In this document: in pieces, positions 63,450-64,000 of the stretch
How positions within the stretch are numbered: position 1 is the stretch's first letter
Layout of the letters: each line of letters starts with the position of its first letter
NCBI GenBank assembly: GCA_963792415.1
Contig: CAWBVY010000001.1
Span: 1 to 64,000 of the forward strand
Length of the DNA stretch: 64,000 nucleotides
Direction of reading: 5' to 3'
Source of the DNA: Candidatus Deferrimicrobiaceae bacterium
GTDB lineage: Bacteria > Desulfobacterota > Deferrimicrobia > Deferrimicrobiales > Deferrimicrobiaceae
Made by a program: the position numbers and the translations under genes
Notes under the pieces: generated by a model
What the model was told of the DNA's origin: nothing
What the model saw: the letters and a program-made list of their open reading frames with translations, nothing else
The model's database searches: none

Positions 63450-64000
63450 TCACCCTGGTTTCGATTGCCCGGGAGACGCCACCTTCGAAAAATCCGCCAC
63501 CGACGCGAAAACCGCCGACAGCCCCTTCAGGAGGGCGAGCCGGTTGTTCCGGACCGATTCGTCCTTCGCCATCACGAGCACTTTTTCGAAGAAGGCGGCC
63601 ACCAGCGGCTGGAGCCCCGCCATTTCGCGGAACGCCTCGCCGTACCGCCCGTCTCGGGCCGCCGCCACGACGCGGCCCGAGACATCGGCCGCTGCCGCGT
63701 GGAGTGCCCGCTCTTCGTCGTGTTCGAAGAACTTCTCCGAGACCGCGAGGGGACCGTCGTACGCCTTGGTGATGTTGATCGCGCGCTTGAAGACCTCCGC
63801 GAGGGGATCGAACGCCGCGTCCCCCCGGAAGGCGACCAGCGCATCGAGCTTCGCCCGAAGGTCCACCACGTCCGTGAGCCCCGGAGCCAGGACCGCCTCG
63901 ACGAGGTCGGCCGGCGCCCCCTGGGAAACCAGGAGGTTCAGGTAGCGCGCGACGATGAATTCGAGGACCTTCTTCCGCACCTCGGCGGCCGGCAAGGTGA
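63450..64000 (-). CDS. glyS: Glycine--tRNA ligase beta subunit, C-terminal part
   Basis: FKRAINI, FFEKVLVM..D..VRNNRLALL, ADFSK; glyS-ppdK synteny. Confidence 0.9.
   Translation of the reverse strand, partial: TLPAAEVRKKVLEFIVARYLNLLVSQGAPADLVEAVLAPGLTDVVDLRAKLDALVAFRGDAAFDPLAEVFKRAINITKAYDGPLAVSEKFFEHDEERALHAAAADVSGRVVAAARDGRYGEAFREMAGLQPLVAAFFEKVLVMAKDESVRNNRLALLKGLSAVFASVADFSKVASPGQSKPG

Overview
GC-rich bacterial chromosome segment. Gene content looks deltaproteobacterial (Desulfobacterota/MBNT15-like; inference, check the 16S). Left to right: (1) 5' part of glnS (-). (2) A type II secretion operon (tandem gspC-like + gspC, then D-E-F-G-H-I-J-K, N-L-M) interleaved with two Cys-CTERM-anchored surface proteins and a lipoprotein. 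(3) An FHA-sigma54 activator, a sigma54 promoter and a Flp/Tad pilus operon, converging on a Ser/Thr kinase that follows an NtrY-like His kinase. (4) ruvB-ruvA, separated from ruvC by an ~8.7-kb signalling island: CHASE2 class III cyclase with non-canonical specificity residues, FecR-TPR-beta-barrel receptor, small secreted protein, GAF-sigma54 activator and a sigma54-driven small Cys protein. (5) yebC and a full rRNA operon with tRNA-Ile/tRNA-Ala. (6) Housekeeping block tyrS, ymdB, rny, 5-formyl-THF cyclo-ligase, 6S RNA, zapA/zapB-like, ftsY, smc, ppdK, glyS. Best novelty candidates are the cyclase/receptor/GAF-sigma54 island, a 180-bp palindromic element inserted in frame in the gspJ prepilin leader, the STK-FHA-sigma54-Tad circuit, the gspC duplication with its promoter, tandem NrdR boxes over the smc promoter and a Zn-ribbon insert in PPDK. 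Several single-base frameshifts, mostly at homopolymers, look like assembly errors. All calls are by eye; no searches were run.
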